DNA of 64,000 nt from an uncultured Methanoregulaceae archaeon (GCA_963717525.1 OY970343.1:1280001-1344000), one strand, 5' to 3'; positions 40,682 through 51,197 are shown, counted from the first letter of the stretch. The notes: a model not told the origin generated them from the sequence alone. Numbers and translations are program-made.

Positions 40682-41000
40682 AACAGTGAATCAGCATCAA
40701 AAGTATATAAAGAAACTGCTTGGAATGTAACCTTATATGTATGTGTCGGGCTGGGGCATGAAATCCTTATTTTGTATCCTGATTTTGATGTACGGGACAC
40801 TGTGCTCATATTTTCCAAGGTATTCCGGGGATGGAAACGTTGAGATTTGGTCCCCACTACAGGATTTTTTTCGGACGGGCATATTTTTATGCAAGGCGAC
40901 TACCCATGGATGGGGTGCCCGCTCTCCGGTGCATGATAAGCGATTCTTAAAATGTAAAAAAAAAGGAACTATCCATTAAAAGGATAAAATCCCCGGAACC

Positions 41001-41426
41001 TCAACTGACAGGAGAATATACCAGGGTCGGGTATGCGGCATTGTAAGCCGTATTTGAAGTGGCATCAAGCACCCAGGTCACAGGAGCAGACTGACCTTTA
41101 ATCGTTACGGTGTACTTGCCGCCACCGATATTCTGCCATGTTCCGGATCTCATTACCTGACTACCCCCATTCAGGTACCCGGTGAAACTTCCGTCAGCGC
41201 CAAAGACAACCTGGGCACTGTTACCGCTGGCACCGGTAATTGACCATTTGCCGACAATAGGATCCTGCGATGCAGCCGCTGCCGGCGTTGAAACCTGTGT
41301 TGTGGTCGCAGCCGCCCCCGCACCGGCCGGGGCACTGGTAGTTGTCGTGCTGCTGGTGCATCCAGCCACAAGAATCAGAGCGAGACAAACAATGACAAGA
41401 AAGACAAGGGCATTTCTCTTCGACAT
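41001..41426 (-). CDS. Small secreted lipoprotein with beta-rich domain
   Basis: Lipobox LVAGC; DPIVGKW..F.ADGSF..GTW. Confidence 0.75.
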   Translation of the reverse strand: MSKRNALVFLVIVCLALILVAGCTSSTTTTSAPAGAGAAATTTQVSTPAAAASQDPIVGKWSITGASGNSAQVVFGADGSFTGYLNGGSQVMRSGTWQNIGGGKYTVTIKGQSAPVTWVLDATSNTAYNAAYPTLVYSPVS

Positions 41427-41639
41427 ATGACGGGATAGATCATTTTCCGCAATAACCGTTTCTGTTTTCACCTGATGTTCAGAGCGTTGCGCGGAACCCG
41501 TTCCGATCATACCCTTCCCCCACCGGCATAACGGCAGCGGGGGTACTTTCAGCTATCCTGCAGAGAAGAATGCCGGAACCTATAATTGTTCTCACGCCGG
41601 TACCTGTATATCGCGTTTACCTGTTGTCAAGTGTTTTTT

Positions 41640-43634
41640 ATGGATCTCATGATTGCCCTTGTCTGTGTGGTTGTCCTGACCATCGCCCTCCTGTTCATCG
41701 GCCAGCGATTCAGGTTGCCCAGTGTCGTGAGTTTCCTTATAATCGGGATGCTGGTCGGCCCGTTCGGCTTTGCGATTATCACCGACCAGTCACTCATCAA
41801 TACAATTGGTGAAATTGGCATCGTCCTTTTGCTCTTTACCATCGGCCTTGAATTCTCGTTCCAGACATTACTCCGATCGTGGCGTGCGGTCATTATCGGG
41901 GGTACAGTGCAGATCTGCACGACGATTGTCGCAATTACCCTGATCACTCTCGCATTCCAGATGCCTTTTAACGAGGCCCTGATCTTCGGCTTTGTTGTCT
42001 CCCTCTCAAGTACCGCCATCGTGATGAAGGTACTCCAGGAAAAAGGTGAGGTGGATACGATCCAGGGCAGGACATTGTTTGGGATCCTGATCTTCCAGGA
42101 CCTGGCAATCATACCGATGATGCTCGTTCTGCCCCTCCTCTCCGGGAGCGGGGGAGGCCTGGATCTTTCCACCCTGCCCTACCAGATCCTGAAGATCGCC
42201 CTGATCATTCTTGTTATCATCGTTCTCGGGTACTGGGTCATTCCGCGGCTGCTTTTTAATGTGGCAAAAGAGCGGAGCCGTGAACTCTTCCTGGTTACAA
42301 TAGCCGGGATCTGCGTCATTATCGCGTGGCTGACAAGCGAGGCCGGACTGTCGTTTACGCTGGGAGCATTCATTGGTGGCCTGATCATCGGTGAATCGGA
42401 TTACAATATCGATGCACTGGGCCACATAATCCCGTTCCGCGATGTCTTTGCGGCCATATTCTTCCTCTCGATTGGGATGCTCCTGAATACAGCAACGGTA
42501 CTTGACAATTTTGGCTTTGTTGCCCTGATTATCCTGAGTATTTTCTGCGTCAAGATCCTGACCGGTGCCTTCTCTACGGCGGTGCTTGGGATGCCAACCC
42601 GGGTCTGCGTCTTCTGCGGCCTCGCGCTTGCCCAGATCGGGGAATTCTCGTTCGTGCTCGCGAAAAGCGGCCTCGATGCAGGGGTTATACAGACACCTGC
42701 TTACCAGCTCTTCCTTGCCGGCGCTATCGTCACGATGGCGCTTACTCCATTTACCATGGGTGCATCACCGAAGGTTGTCGATCTGCTCTACCGGCTGTTC
42801 CCGAAAAGGTTTGTGCGGGCAAATCTCATTACAGCGGATGAGACCGCAACCGGGGAGGAACTCTCAAACCACATCATCATCGCAGGATACGGGATCACCG
42901 GAAAGAGCGTGGCACGGGCAGCAACTCTTGCCGGCATCCCCTATATGGTCATCGAGCTCAATCCCGAGATCATCCGGCAGGAGCGATCCCAGTACCGGCC
43001 CAACTTTATTTTCGGGGATGCCGTGCAGGAGGAGGTGCTCGAACATGCGGGCATCCGTCATGCACGCACGCTGGTGGTGGCAGTCTCCGAGGAAGAGGCA
43101 ATCCCCCGTATTATCCATACAGCCCGGCAGCTTGCTCCCGATGTGCATATCCTTGCACGGACCAGGCACGTCAGGAATGCCCAGCACCTCCTCGATCTCG
43201 GGGCAGACGAGGTCATCTCCGAAGAATTTGAATCGGCCCTCGAGATCTTCACCCGGGCCCTGAAACGCTACGAGATCCCGGACGAGGAGGTTGCAAGGAT
43301 CATACAACGGGCTAAACGCATAGGCGCCGCCCTTTTTACCCGGTGCACCGACCCGACCCAGCACCAGAAGATCCAGAATTTCGAGACGCTTTTCAGGGCG
43401 ACCCATATCCACACCGTACGGGTGGAGGCCGGATCGGAAGCGGAACGAAAGACCATCGGCGAGCTGGCCTTAAAAGATCGGTTTGGCATCAGGGAGTTCG
43501 GTTTCCGACGAGGAACGATGCGCTTTACCGAGCCTGACCCGGCCCTGCGTCTTGAAGCAGGAGATACACTGGTCTTCTTTATTACTGACGAGAAGGCAGG
43601 AAAGATCATCCCGCTCTTTTCGGCAGGGAAATAA
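41640..43634 (+). CDS. Kef-type CPA2 K+/H+ antiporter with TrkA-N and TrkA-C domains
   Basis: GEIGIVLLLFTIGLEFS, SSTAIV, FQDL, AQIGEFSF, IIAGYG, FGDA. Confidence 0.93.
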   Translation: MDLMIALVCVVVLTIALLFIGQRFRLPSVVSFLIIGMLVGPFGFAIITDQSLINTIGEIGIVLLLFTIGLEFSFQTLLRSWRAVIIGGTVQICTTIVAITLITLAFQMPFNEALIFGFVVSLSSTAIVMKVLQEKGEVDTIQGRTLFGILIFQDLAIIPMMLVLPLLSGSGGGLDLSTLPYQILKIALIILVIIVLGYWVIPRLLFNVAKERSRELFLVTIAGICVIIAWLTSEAGLSFTLGAFIGGLIIGESDYNIDALGHIIPFRDVFAAIFFLSIGMLLNTATVLDNFGFVALIILSIFCVKILTGAFSTAVLGMPTRVCVFCGLALAQIGEFSFVLAKSGLDAGVIQTPAYQLFLAGAIVTMALTPFTMGASPKVVDLLYRLFPKRFVRANLITADETATGEELSNHIIIAGYGITGKSVARAATLAGIPYMVIELNPEIIRQERSQYRPNFIFGDAVQEEVLEHAGIRHARTLVVAVSEEEAIPRIIHTARQLAPDVHILARTRHVRNAQHLLDLGADEVISEEFESALEIFTRALKRYEIPDEEVARIIQRAKRIGAALFTRCTDPTQHQKIQNFETLFRATHIHTVRVEAGSEAERKTIGELALKDRFGIREFGFRRGTMRFTEPDPALRLEAGDTLVFFITDEKAGKIIPLFSAGK

Positions 43635-43817
43635 TACCCCGGAACCGTGAGTTCACCGGGACGCAGGACACCATCTTTTCCCCTGACAGGGTGGCCCGGG
43701 CAGATGGCCCGGTGCTTTATGGTGAAAATGTGAGACCGGGAACCGGGACTATTCTTTTATGTGACCTTTCTTCCTACGGAGAGGTATAAAAATCACGACA
43801 GCAAGAACACTATTCAT

Positions 43818-44498
43818 ATGCGCCCCTCGGTTGTTGTCAACGTGGCGATGAGTGCGGACGGGAAACTGTCGACCCGCGAGCGTCGGCAGGTAAAAATTTC
43901 CGGCAACGAAGATTTTGCCCGGGTTGACAGGCTCAAGGCCGGCTGTGATGCAGTGATGGTAGGGATAGGAACGGTGCTTGCCGATGACCCCTCGCTCACG
44001 GTAAAGAGCCCGGAGTACAAAGCCGAACGGCAACGCAGCGGGCGGCCGGAGCACCCGGTCCGGGTCGTCATTGACAGCGGGGGGCGGACCCCCCCAAACG
44101 CCGCGATTCTTACCAAAGGGGACGGGGTGCGTGTCGTGGCCGTATCGGAACAGGCCGATCCTGCGCGGGTGAGCGTGCTCCGGACAAAGGCAACCGTCAT
44201 TGTTGCTGGGGAGACGGAGGTGGACCTTGTCCGCGTGCTCAACGAACTCGGTGCGATGGGCATCCGACACCTGATGGTGGAAGGTGGGGGTACGCTGATC
44301 GCCGGGTTGGTCCGGGCCGGCCTTGTCGATGAGATTTACACCTATATCGGGAGTATTGTCATTGGTGGGAAAGACGCACCGACACTTGCAGACGGCCCGG
44401 GCTGGATACGGGAGGCCGATTTTGCCCGGCTCACGCTAGCAGATGTTGCCCGTATGGATGACGGCATTCTTCTCCACTGGACGGTAAAGCGTGTGTAA
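43818..44498 (+). CDS. 2,5-diamino-6-(ribosylamino)-4(3H)-pyrimidinone 5'-phosphate reductase (archaeal Rib7/RibD C-terminal type)
   Basis: AMSADGK, DAVMVGIGTVLADDPSLT, LMVEGGGTL, GGKDAPT. Confidence 0.92.
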   Translation: MRPSVVVNVAMSADGKLSTRERRQVKISGNEDFARVDRLKAGCDAVMVGIGTVLADDPSLTVKSPEYKAERQRSGRPEHPVRVVIDSGGRTPPNAAILTKGDGVRVVAVSEQADPARVSVLRTKATVIVAGETEVDLVRVLNELGAMGIRHLMVEGGGTLIAGLVRAGLVDEIYTYIGSIVIGGKDAPTLADGPGWIREADFARLTLADVARMDDGILLHWTVKRV

Positions 44499-44605
44499 CC
44501 ATGCTGTACCGAACGTTTCCTTTTCCCTTCCTTTTTTTCCAGCCTCGTGCTGGAGATATTTTCCCCGGATGCCAAGGCTCATCAGCCGGCATCGGGAAAT
44601 GATCT

Positions 44606-45310
44606 GATACGTATATCGCGATCATCGTCCTTGCCGCCGTGTGGCTTGTGCTCTACCTGTACTACCGGAAGGAGTGGGCAGCCACCTTTGTCTGCAAGAC
44701 CGGTCCGGAAACCCAGCCGGATCCCGCCCTCACCCGGCTCGTCTGGTGTTCGCTCGTGATTCTCATCGGCCTTGCGGTCGCCAACATCGCCGCCTCGCTT
44801 ATCACCGGCGCGATCGTTATCCCCCTGCCACTGATCGGGCTTGCCGCCGCGCTCCCCATCCTTGTCTTGTCATCGCAGAGGCTTCCTGTACTCCGGTCCA
44901 TCGACTGGTGCACACTCGTCTTTTTTGCCGCGATGTTTGTCCTGATGGCTGCCGTCTGGCAGACCGGCTTTTTCCAGTCTCTTGCCGGTGTCACGGGGGT
45001 AACCGCAGTCCCGGCGATCCTCGGAACCAGCGTCATCATCAGCCAGTTCATCTCGAACGTCCCCTTTGTCGCTCTCTTCCAGCCGCTCATCCTGCAGGCC
45101 GGGGGAGGGACGGCCCGGCTCATGGCACTCGCCGCCGGGAGCACGATCGCCGGTAACCTCACGATTCTCGGCGCGGCAAGCAACGTGATTATCATCCAGC
45201 AGGCCGAGGCCCGGGGGGAGACCCTGACCTTTACCGAGTTTGCGAAAGTCGGGGTGCCGCTGACGCTCATCCAGATTGGGATCTACGCGGTATTCCTCGG
45301 GGTGGTGTAG
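44606..45310 (+). pseudogene. Truncated ArsB/NhaD/CitM-type anion transporter
   Basis: IDW.TLVFFAAMFV, SQFISNVP, STIAGNLTILGAASNVII; only about half of a typical member and no clean start. Confidence 0.7.
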
Positions 45311-45764
45311 GAAAAGGGGGATGATTTCCCAGTAGCAGGAAACAAAGCCAGGCCGGGGAGTACCACTTTTCAGGAATTACCCGATTCCATCCAAGGTTAG
45401 ATAATTTTTTTCGGGGATTATCAACAATCAGCCCCCAATATGGTGAAAAATGTATATTTTTTGTCTGTAGAAAAGCGTTTTCGGCTGTCCTTGTTGCCCC
45501 TCTCTTGCGCCAATGCGTCCCCCGAGGGAGACGGGGCGCTATTAGCGATGGCACCAGAACAGATAATACAGCACTATCGCAAGGGGGGGTGCCCATTCGG
45601 CGGCGGAACCAATCGCTACCGGGGGCATAGGGACATCAGCCTCCATAATCAAAACGTACGGACAATAACTCAGGATCTAGAGGAAGAGGATACCACTCGC
45701 TCATGATAATAACACAAATAATATCAGAAAAAGTATAGGGATTTATGCCGTTTTCCGGGGAAGA

Positions 45765-46142
45765 TCACACTTTGTTCGATACATCTCCCTTCATGATGTA
45801 CTTCACGAGCAGGAAAATCACCAGTGCAATGATAATGAAATTGATCAGGGCACCGGCAAAGTCACCGGGCATGAACTTGACCGGCCCTATCTGAAGTACC
45901 GTGGACTGCCAGTCCCCGCCGGGGATAAGAACCCCGACAAAGGGCATGATAATGTCCTTTACCAGTGCGGTGACCAGGGTCGATGCTGCCGAGCCGATGA
46001 CAAATGCAACGGCAAGCCCGATGACCTGGTACTTCTTTAAGAAGTCCATGAATTCTTCACTGAACCCCTGAACCCCCTTGCTCATGTTCATGACGCCTGC
46101 CTTGAGCTCCTTTTCTGCGACTTCAGGTTTCTTGATGTCCAT
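45765..46142 (-). CDS. mscL: Large-conductance mechanosensitive channel family protein
   Basis: EFMDFL..VIGLAVAFVIG..LV.ALV.DIIMP, GDF..ALINFIII. Confidence 0.88.
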   Translation of the reverse strand: MDIKKPEVAEKELKAGVMNMSKGVQGFSEEFMDFLKKYQVIGLAVAFVIGSAASTLVTALVKDIIMPFVGVLIPGGDWQSTVLQIGPVKFMPGDFAGALINFIIIALVIFLLVKYIMKGDVSNKV

Positions 46143-46363
46143 CGTGTATCACCAGCGAGATGTAATCATCCCTGATGGTTGATGGTTTTTACTCACTATT
46201 AATATAATTCCTTTTTTTCAGGAGAACTCATATGAGCCACGCAACACGGGATTTGCCCATAATTATGGAAAGATTTGTCTATGGGCCTGGTTCTTGTGGG
46301 TATCACAATACCGCATATGACCGGAAAACCCATACGCCATTTGAAGATTGTTACAAAAAAAGT

Positions 46364-47470
46364 TCAGAGCTGGACCAGCTCGTAATCGCGGGTGCCCATG
46401 CCGAGCTCTTCTGCATACCGTAGCTGCCGGGGGCCGTCTGTGTTCGGCCGCATCCCGGCAAACTTGTCCTCGCCCGGGTGGCGGTGCCGGGCAAGGAACG
46501 ATTCCGCAAACCCCTGCTGCTGGTTGACGAGGTCGCAGGCCGCTGCATCGATCGCCACCGGGTCCTTTGACGCGAGGATGCCGATATCCGGGACGATCGA
46601 AGCATCACTCCACGGCACACAGTCGCAGTCCGGCGTGATCCGGGTGAGGAAACTGATATAACCGACCTTGCCGGCCTTTCCCAGCACAGCCCCGTACGCG
46701 TACTCGATCAGCCGTTCGGTGAAGAGCGGGATCTCGGTCTCCCAGTCTATATCGATCGCATGCGACGGGCAGACCGTCATGCACTCGAAGCAGCCGATGC
46801 AAAGGTTTTTGTCGATACTGGATTTCTCACCGACAAGCGTGATTGCCGACTTCGGGCATACCTCGACGCATTTCCCGCACCCGGTACAGTGGTCGCGGAT
46901 CGAGAACGGTTTTGCCTGGTGCTGCGCCCGTTTTCCCTGCGGGGGTGCACAGCCCATCGCGAGGTTCTTGAGCGCCCCGCCAAAACCGGCCACCTCGTGA
47001 CCCTTGAAATGGGTCATCACGATCATGCTGTCCGCAGCCATAATATCGCCGGCGATCGTGACCGTCTTGAAATGTTTTTTATCGATCGCAACGTGAGCGA
47101 CGTTTTTCCCGCAGAGGCCGTCGGCGATAATCACCGGCGCTCCGACCACCGCGTAGTCGAAACCGTGGTGCACCGCTGTCGTAATATGGTCGACCGCATT
47201 CGAACGGCTGCCGAGGTAGAGGGTGTTCGTGTCCGTCACAAAGGGCAGGGCGCCTGCCGCTTTTATCTTTTCCACCACCTGCCGGACATAGACCGGGCTG
47301 ATGTAGGAGTCATTACCCTGCTCCCCGAAATGGAGTTTTATCGCTGTGCGGTCCCGTTCGTGGATACAGGACGCAAAATCCGCAGCCTCAAAGAGCCGCC
47401 GGACCTTCATTTCGGTGCTCTCCCCGGGCGATCGTGCCCGTGAGCTGGCAAACCAGACGGTGCTTTTCAT
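46364..47470 (-). CDS. DUF362 family Fe-S protein with 2x[4Fe-4S] ferredoxin domain
   Basis: AIKLHFGE.GN, DTNTLY, HFKGH, GGALKNLAMGC, CTGCGKC..CP, CIGCFEC..CP, CDC. Confidence 0.88.
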   Translation of the reverse strand: MKSTVWFASSRARSPGESTEMKVRRLFEAADFASCIHERDRTAIKLHFGEQGNDSYISPVYVRQVVEKIKAAGALPFVTDTNTLYLGSRSNAVDHITTAVHHGFDYAVVGAPVIIADGLCGKNVAHVAIDKKHFKTVTIAGDIMAADSMIVMTHFKGHEVAGFGGALKNLAMGCAPPQGKRAQHQAKPFSIRDHCTGCGKCVEVCPKSAITLVGEKSSIDKNLCIGCFECMTVCPSHAIDIDWETEIPLFTERLIEYAYGAVLGKAGKVGYISFLTRITPDCDCVPWSDASIVPDIGILASKDPVAIDAAACDLVNQQQGFAESFLARHRHPGEDKFAGMRPNTDGPRQLRYAEELGMGTRDYELVQL

Positions 47471-47527
47471 TTCCGGATCATCCCCGGAGGATCATTGTCG
47501 CGGCGCCTATCTAAAGTTCGTGCCCGG

Positions 47528-48904
47528 TCAGACCATGGTATCGAGGTTGCGCTTCCGGCTGCGGTCCTTATTGTACCGCTTGAGATCCCGCGCCCGCTCG
47601 AAGTACTGGCGTGACAGGTCGTCCCGGCCCATCTCCTGCACACAGACGGCCATGTTGTTCCAGGCATCGGCATTCGACGGGTTCTTCTCCAGCAGCTTGT
47701 TGTAGGTTTCCGCCGCGGCAGACAGGATCTTGTCATCATTGCTGAGAATCCCCATTTTCTGGAGCGTTACACCACAGGTGTAGAGGATCTCCTCATCGGC
47801 CGGCGCAAGTTCAAGCGCTTTGGTGATGGACTCGAGTGCTTCCTCGTTTCTTTCCAGTGCCCGGAGGCAGACGCCCCGGTCGTGCCATGCAAAGGCATGC
47901 GAGGGATCGATCGCGAGCGCCCGGTCAAAGGCAGCGATCGCGTCCTCGAACTTCCCTTCCCGGTAATAGAGCCGGAGACCTTCCTGGTAGTGCGACTTCG
48001 ATTTGCCCAGCAGGCGGTCGAACATCTTTCCCTGGCCGGAGGGAGCCCTCGGTTTTTCCGGCTTTTCCGCTGCATCGGACTCCTGCCGGAGCAGAAGATC
48101 GGTCCCCACGGTATGGGTGATGTCGCGGACGGCCCCGATGATACCGACAAAGATCCCGCGCCCGTCATACAGGGGGGTCGCCTTCATCCAGAGGACCCGT
48201 TCGCTGCTACCGGTGCCCGGCGCCTTTGTCCACGCGGTGATTGCTCCCTCTTCCCGGGCGATAACCGAATAATTATTTTTCGTGATGACCTTAGGGTCCT
48301 CAAAGACCATGTCCACAAGGAGTGGCACCTTGCGGCCGAAGAAGGGGATCGCGTACTCGTGGTCTTTTTTCCCGACCATGTCAGCAGCCGCAACCCCGGA
48401 AAGGGTCACCATGCCGTTGTTCCACGCGATCACCGCCCCGTCACGGTCGATCGCAAAAGCCGGCTCAGAAAAGAAGTGCACGGCATCGTTTAGGATTTTC
48501 TGGGAGGTCCCGATCCCCCTGCCGACTATTTTTCCTTCGACAGCCCGCCGGATCATATGCACCATCTCCCGGAGCTGCGGCTGGATATCCTCGCCTTTTT
48601 TCAGGTAAAAGTTCGCGCCGTTGTTGAGCGCCTCGATGGCAGCATGCTCCCGTCCCACTCCGGTAAAGATGATGACCGGCGTCGCGTCGCCTTTTGACCG
48701 GAGGATCTTCAAAAACTCGATCCCGTTAATCTCCGGCATATCATAATCGACAATGATCGCATCGAAGGTCTGGTCGTTCAAAACGGTAAGGGATTCTTTG
48801 GCCGATAGGGAGGTATGGACCTTCATATCGCCGAACCGCTCCAGAAACAACCGGGTGACGCTGAGCACTTCTTCCTCATCGTCAATGATAAGCACTGAGA
48901 GCAT
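47528..48904 (-). CDS. Receiver-PAS-TPR protein
   Basis: VLIIDDE..DYDMPEING; PAS/PAC RDIT; C-terminal TPRs. Confidence 0.88.
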   Translation of the reverse strand: MLSVLIIDDEEEVLSVTRLFLERFGDMKVHTSLSAKESLTVLNDQTFDAIIVDYDMPEINGIEFLKILRSKGDATPVIIFTGVGREHAAIEALNNGANFYLKKGEDIQPQLREMVHMIRRAVEGKIVGRGIGTSQKILNDAVHFFSEPAFAIDRDGAVIAWNNGMVTLSGVAAADMVGKKDHEYAIPFFGRKVPLLVDMVFEDPKVITKNNYSVIAREEGAITAWTKAPGTGSSERVLWMKATPLYDGRGIFVGIIGAVRDITHTVGTDLLLRQESDAAEKPEKPRAPSGQGKMFDRLLGKSKSHYQEGLRLYYREGKFEDAIAAFDRALAIDPSHAFAWHDRGVCLRALERNEEALESITKALELAPADEEILYTCGVTLQKMGILSNDDKILSAAAETYNKLLEKNPSNADAWNNMAVCVQEMGRDDLSRQYFERARDLKRYNKDRSRKRNLDTMV

Positions 48905-48956
48905 TTCAGACCGTTATTCCGTCATTTGACGGCAAAAGATAAAAAAGAATGTATCG

Positions 48957-49445
48957 TTATTTTCGCTTTGAGAGCTCGTGATCGAGGCACAGGAGGTGCC
49001 CGGGAATATCCCCGACGGTCTTGATTTTATCGACGATCAGGGCAGCATTCGCCTCCTCCTCGACCTGTTCCTTGACAAACCACTGGAGCATCTCGAAGGT
49101 CGCATGGTCCTTTTCTTTGATAGCAAGATCGACGAGGTTGTTTATCATGCCGGTCACCTTCTGCTCGTGCGCATATACCTCGTCAAAGATCTTGCCGGCC
49201 GAGGTCCATTTTGCCCTGGGGGCCTCGATGGCATCAAGGGCAACCTTCCCCTGCCGTGCAATGATGTACTCGTAGAGTTTCATGGCATGAGCTCGCTCCT
49301 CGCCCGATTGGACCATCATCCAGTCCGCAAACCCCTTGAGGTTCACAGACTCAAACCAGGCAGACATCCCCAGGTAGAGATACGAAGAATAGAGTTCGCG
49401 GTTGACCTGCCGGTTCAGTGCTTCTTCCATGGTTTTTGATAACAT
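48957..49445 (-). CDS. ftn: Non-haem ferritin
   Basis: ELYSSYLY, EERAHA, HEQKVT, LQWFVKEQVEEE. Confidence 0.95.
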   Translation of the reverse strand: MLSKTMEEALNRQVNRELYSSYLYLGMSAWFESVNLKGFADWMMVQSGEERAHAMKLYEYIIARQGKVALDAIEAPRAKWTSAGKIFDEVYAHEQKVTGMINNLVDLAIKEKDHATFEMLQWFVKEQVEEEANAALIVDKIKTVGDIPGHLLCLDHELSKRK

Positions 49446-49685
49446 ACGAAAACCTCCCTGTATGCGCTTGAGATTGGTTTGTTTTTTAATAAGGGTATCG
49501 CAGGTGACAACAATCCGGTGACAATGCGGGCATGATTTACGATCTTTCCTGGGTTATCGTATAAAAAAGTCCGGACAATCGGCTGGGGGAAGTGGTATTC
49601 CGATAAACCCCACGAGGCAATCTCATCATGGAGAACTCAAGGGCCGGGATACCGTGCCAGCCCGGTGCCGGTTGCCACCCCGCCC

Positions 49686-50144
49686 TTATTTCCCGACGCG
49701 GTTTTTCTCCTCCCTGATATCGAGGAGGATCTCCAGTTCGAGCGATTTTGCATAGGCTATTTCCGCTTCCTCGCTCTTTCCGGTCTCTTCAAGGCAGATC
49801 CCCTTGATATACCATGCGGAAGCATCATTTCCGTTGAGGGTGACCGCCCGGGTCGCAGCCGCTAGGGCCGGTACATACTGCCCGAGATGGTACAGTGCAA
49901 GCCCCTTCCTTGACCAGGCATCGGCATGGTTCGGGTTGAGCGCAAGCGCCTGGTTGCAGTCGGCGATCGCTTCCGCGAACCGCTCCATCTCGATCTTTGC
50001 CGCTGCCCTCTGGCTCCACCCTTCGGCATTCCCGGGTTCGAGCCGGATTGCCTGGTCATACAGGGCAAGGGCTTCCCGGTATTTGGTCTGCCGGACATAG
50101 TGTTCGGCCCTTTTCAAGAGGCGGGGCACTTCACTGACCGGCAC
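49686..50144 (-). CDS. TPR repeat protein
   Basis: Repeated A..YD.AI.L.P....W..KG pattern. Confidence 0.85.
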   Translation of the reverse strand: MPVSEVPRLLKRAEHYVRQTKYREALALYDQAIRLEPGNAEGWSQRAAAKIEMERFAEAIADCNQALALNPNHADAWSRKGLALYHLGQYVPALAAATRAVTLNGNDASAWYIKGICLEETGKSEEAEIAYAKSLELEILLDIREEKNRVGK

Positions 50145-50198
50145 GATACTGCACCTCCCGGGCTTTTTTCCGGGGTTGTTTGCGGAGGTTTATCATAA

Positions 50199-51197
50199 CT
50201 ACGAATCTTCAATCAGGTCGCCAAAGATCTTTTTTAAGGCTGCTTTCTCATACGTGGCTGCCTGTTCCTGTGCGGCAAGCAGGTGTTGGGGATTCTCCCA
50301 TATAAACCAGTCCTTCATCGTCATATAGGCGAGCAGCGCGTTTGTCAGGTTGACCCCGACCTGGTAGAGGCTGGCATAATATTCGAGGGTAGACTCCGCG
50401 TTCCAGTCCACGGACAGGTGCTTTTCCATGATCGTGAGCATGACATCGCCAAAGACCTTGGACTGGTACCAGGCCGTATGCGTCCAGCGGGTCGTGAGCA
50501 TCTCTTTTACTTCGAGATGGTCGAATTTTTTCATCTGGGGGATGTTGACCACCGGCATGAGCTTGTCAGACGGGAGGGTTTTTGCGAGGTAGAGGTCCCT
50601 AGCGTAGAACATGGATTTGTCCAGGACAAAGTACCTCCGGGGGACGATATCCATCATATCCGTCATCTCGTCCATGTCCTGCTTGCCGTCTTTTAAAAGG
50701 ATATAGAGCTGGGTCTTCCGGAGCTGCTCCATGCGGTGGTAGATCCGGGCGTTGACGATCGGGTTCCAGGGGAGTTCGTTGAGGTCCTCGTGGAACTGTC
50801 GGTACAGGATGAAGAGCATCTCAATGAGTTTTTTGACCGGGAGTTTTTTTTCCTTCTTTGCCTCGTCCTTGAGCGCATCGAGATAGACCTGGCGCATGCC
50901 GCTGTAGACCGAATCCGGCGTATACGAGAGGATACGGTAACCGGATTTCTTTGCTGCCGCACCTTTGATGAGCAGGTGGGTGCACTGTTTTGCAATGACA
51001 AAATCCTTTAACAGGCCGATGTAGTTTGCGGGAAAAAGGATGATGTTCTTGTCGACGTTGTAGGTATAGACATCGAGGAGCGTCCCGCCCGGGGGGGCCT
51101 CGGGTTTTCGCAGCAGGGTGATCTCGGTGTCGAGTATCCGCTCGGTCTCGCTGATGAACCGGCGGATGGGCTTAGTGAGGGGCATGTTGGTCTTCAT
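50199..51197 (-). CDS. Hypothetical protein
   Basis: 332-aa ORF with host-like codon usage; no intact motif recognised. Confidence 0.8.
   Translation of the reverse strand: MKTNMPLTKPIRRFISETERILDTEITLLRKPEAPPGGTLLDVYTYNVDKNIILFPANYIGLLKDFVIAKQCTHLLIKGAAAKKSGYRILSYTPDSVYSGMRQVYLDALKDEAKKEKKLPVKKLIEMLFILYRQFHEDLNELPWNPIVNARIYHRMEQLRKTQLYILLKDGKQDMDEMTDMMDIVPRRYFVLDKSMFYARDLYLAKTLPSDKLMPVVNIPQMKKFDHLEVKEMLTTRWTHTAWYQSKVFGDVMLTIMEKHLSVDWNAESTLEYYASLYQVGVNLTNALLAYMTMKDWFIWENPQHLLAAQEQAATYEKAALKKIFGDLIEDS

Larger units (their letters stand above)
31900..40900. mobile_element. Integrated satellite/plasmid-like element (boundaries approximate)
   Basis: Integrase, divergent regulators, SF3 helicase, TA pair, resolvase and AT-rich cargo in one block; no att repeats located. 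Confidence 0.8.

Noticed and set aside
40700..41000. tRNA target or att direct repeat for the integrase
   Set aside because: No cloverleaf or T-loop motif, and no convincing repeat shared with 31870-32330 by eye.
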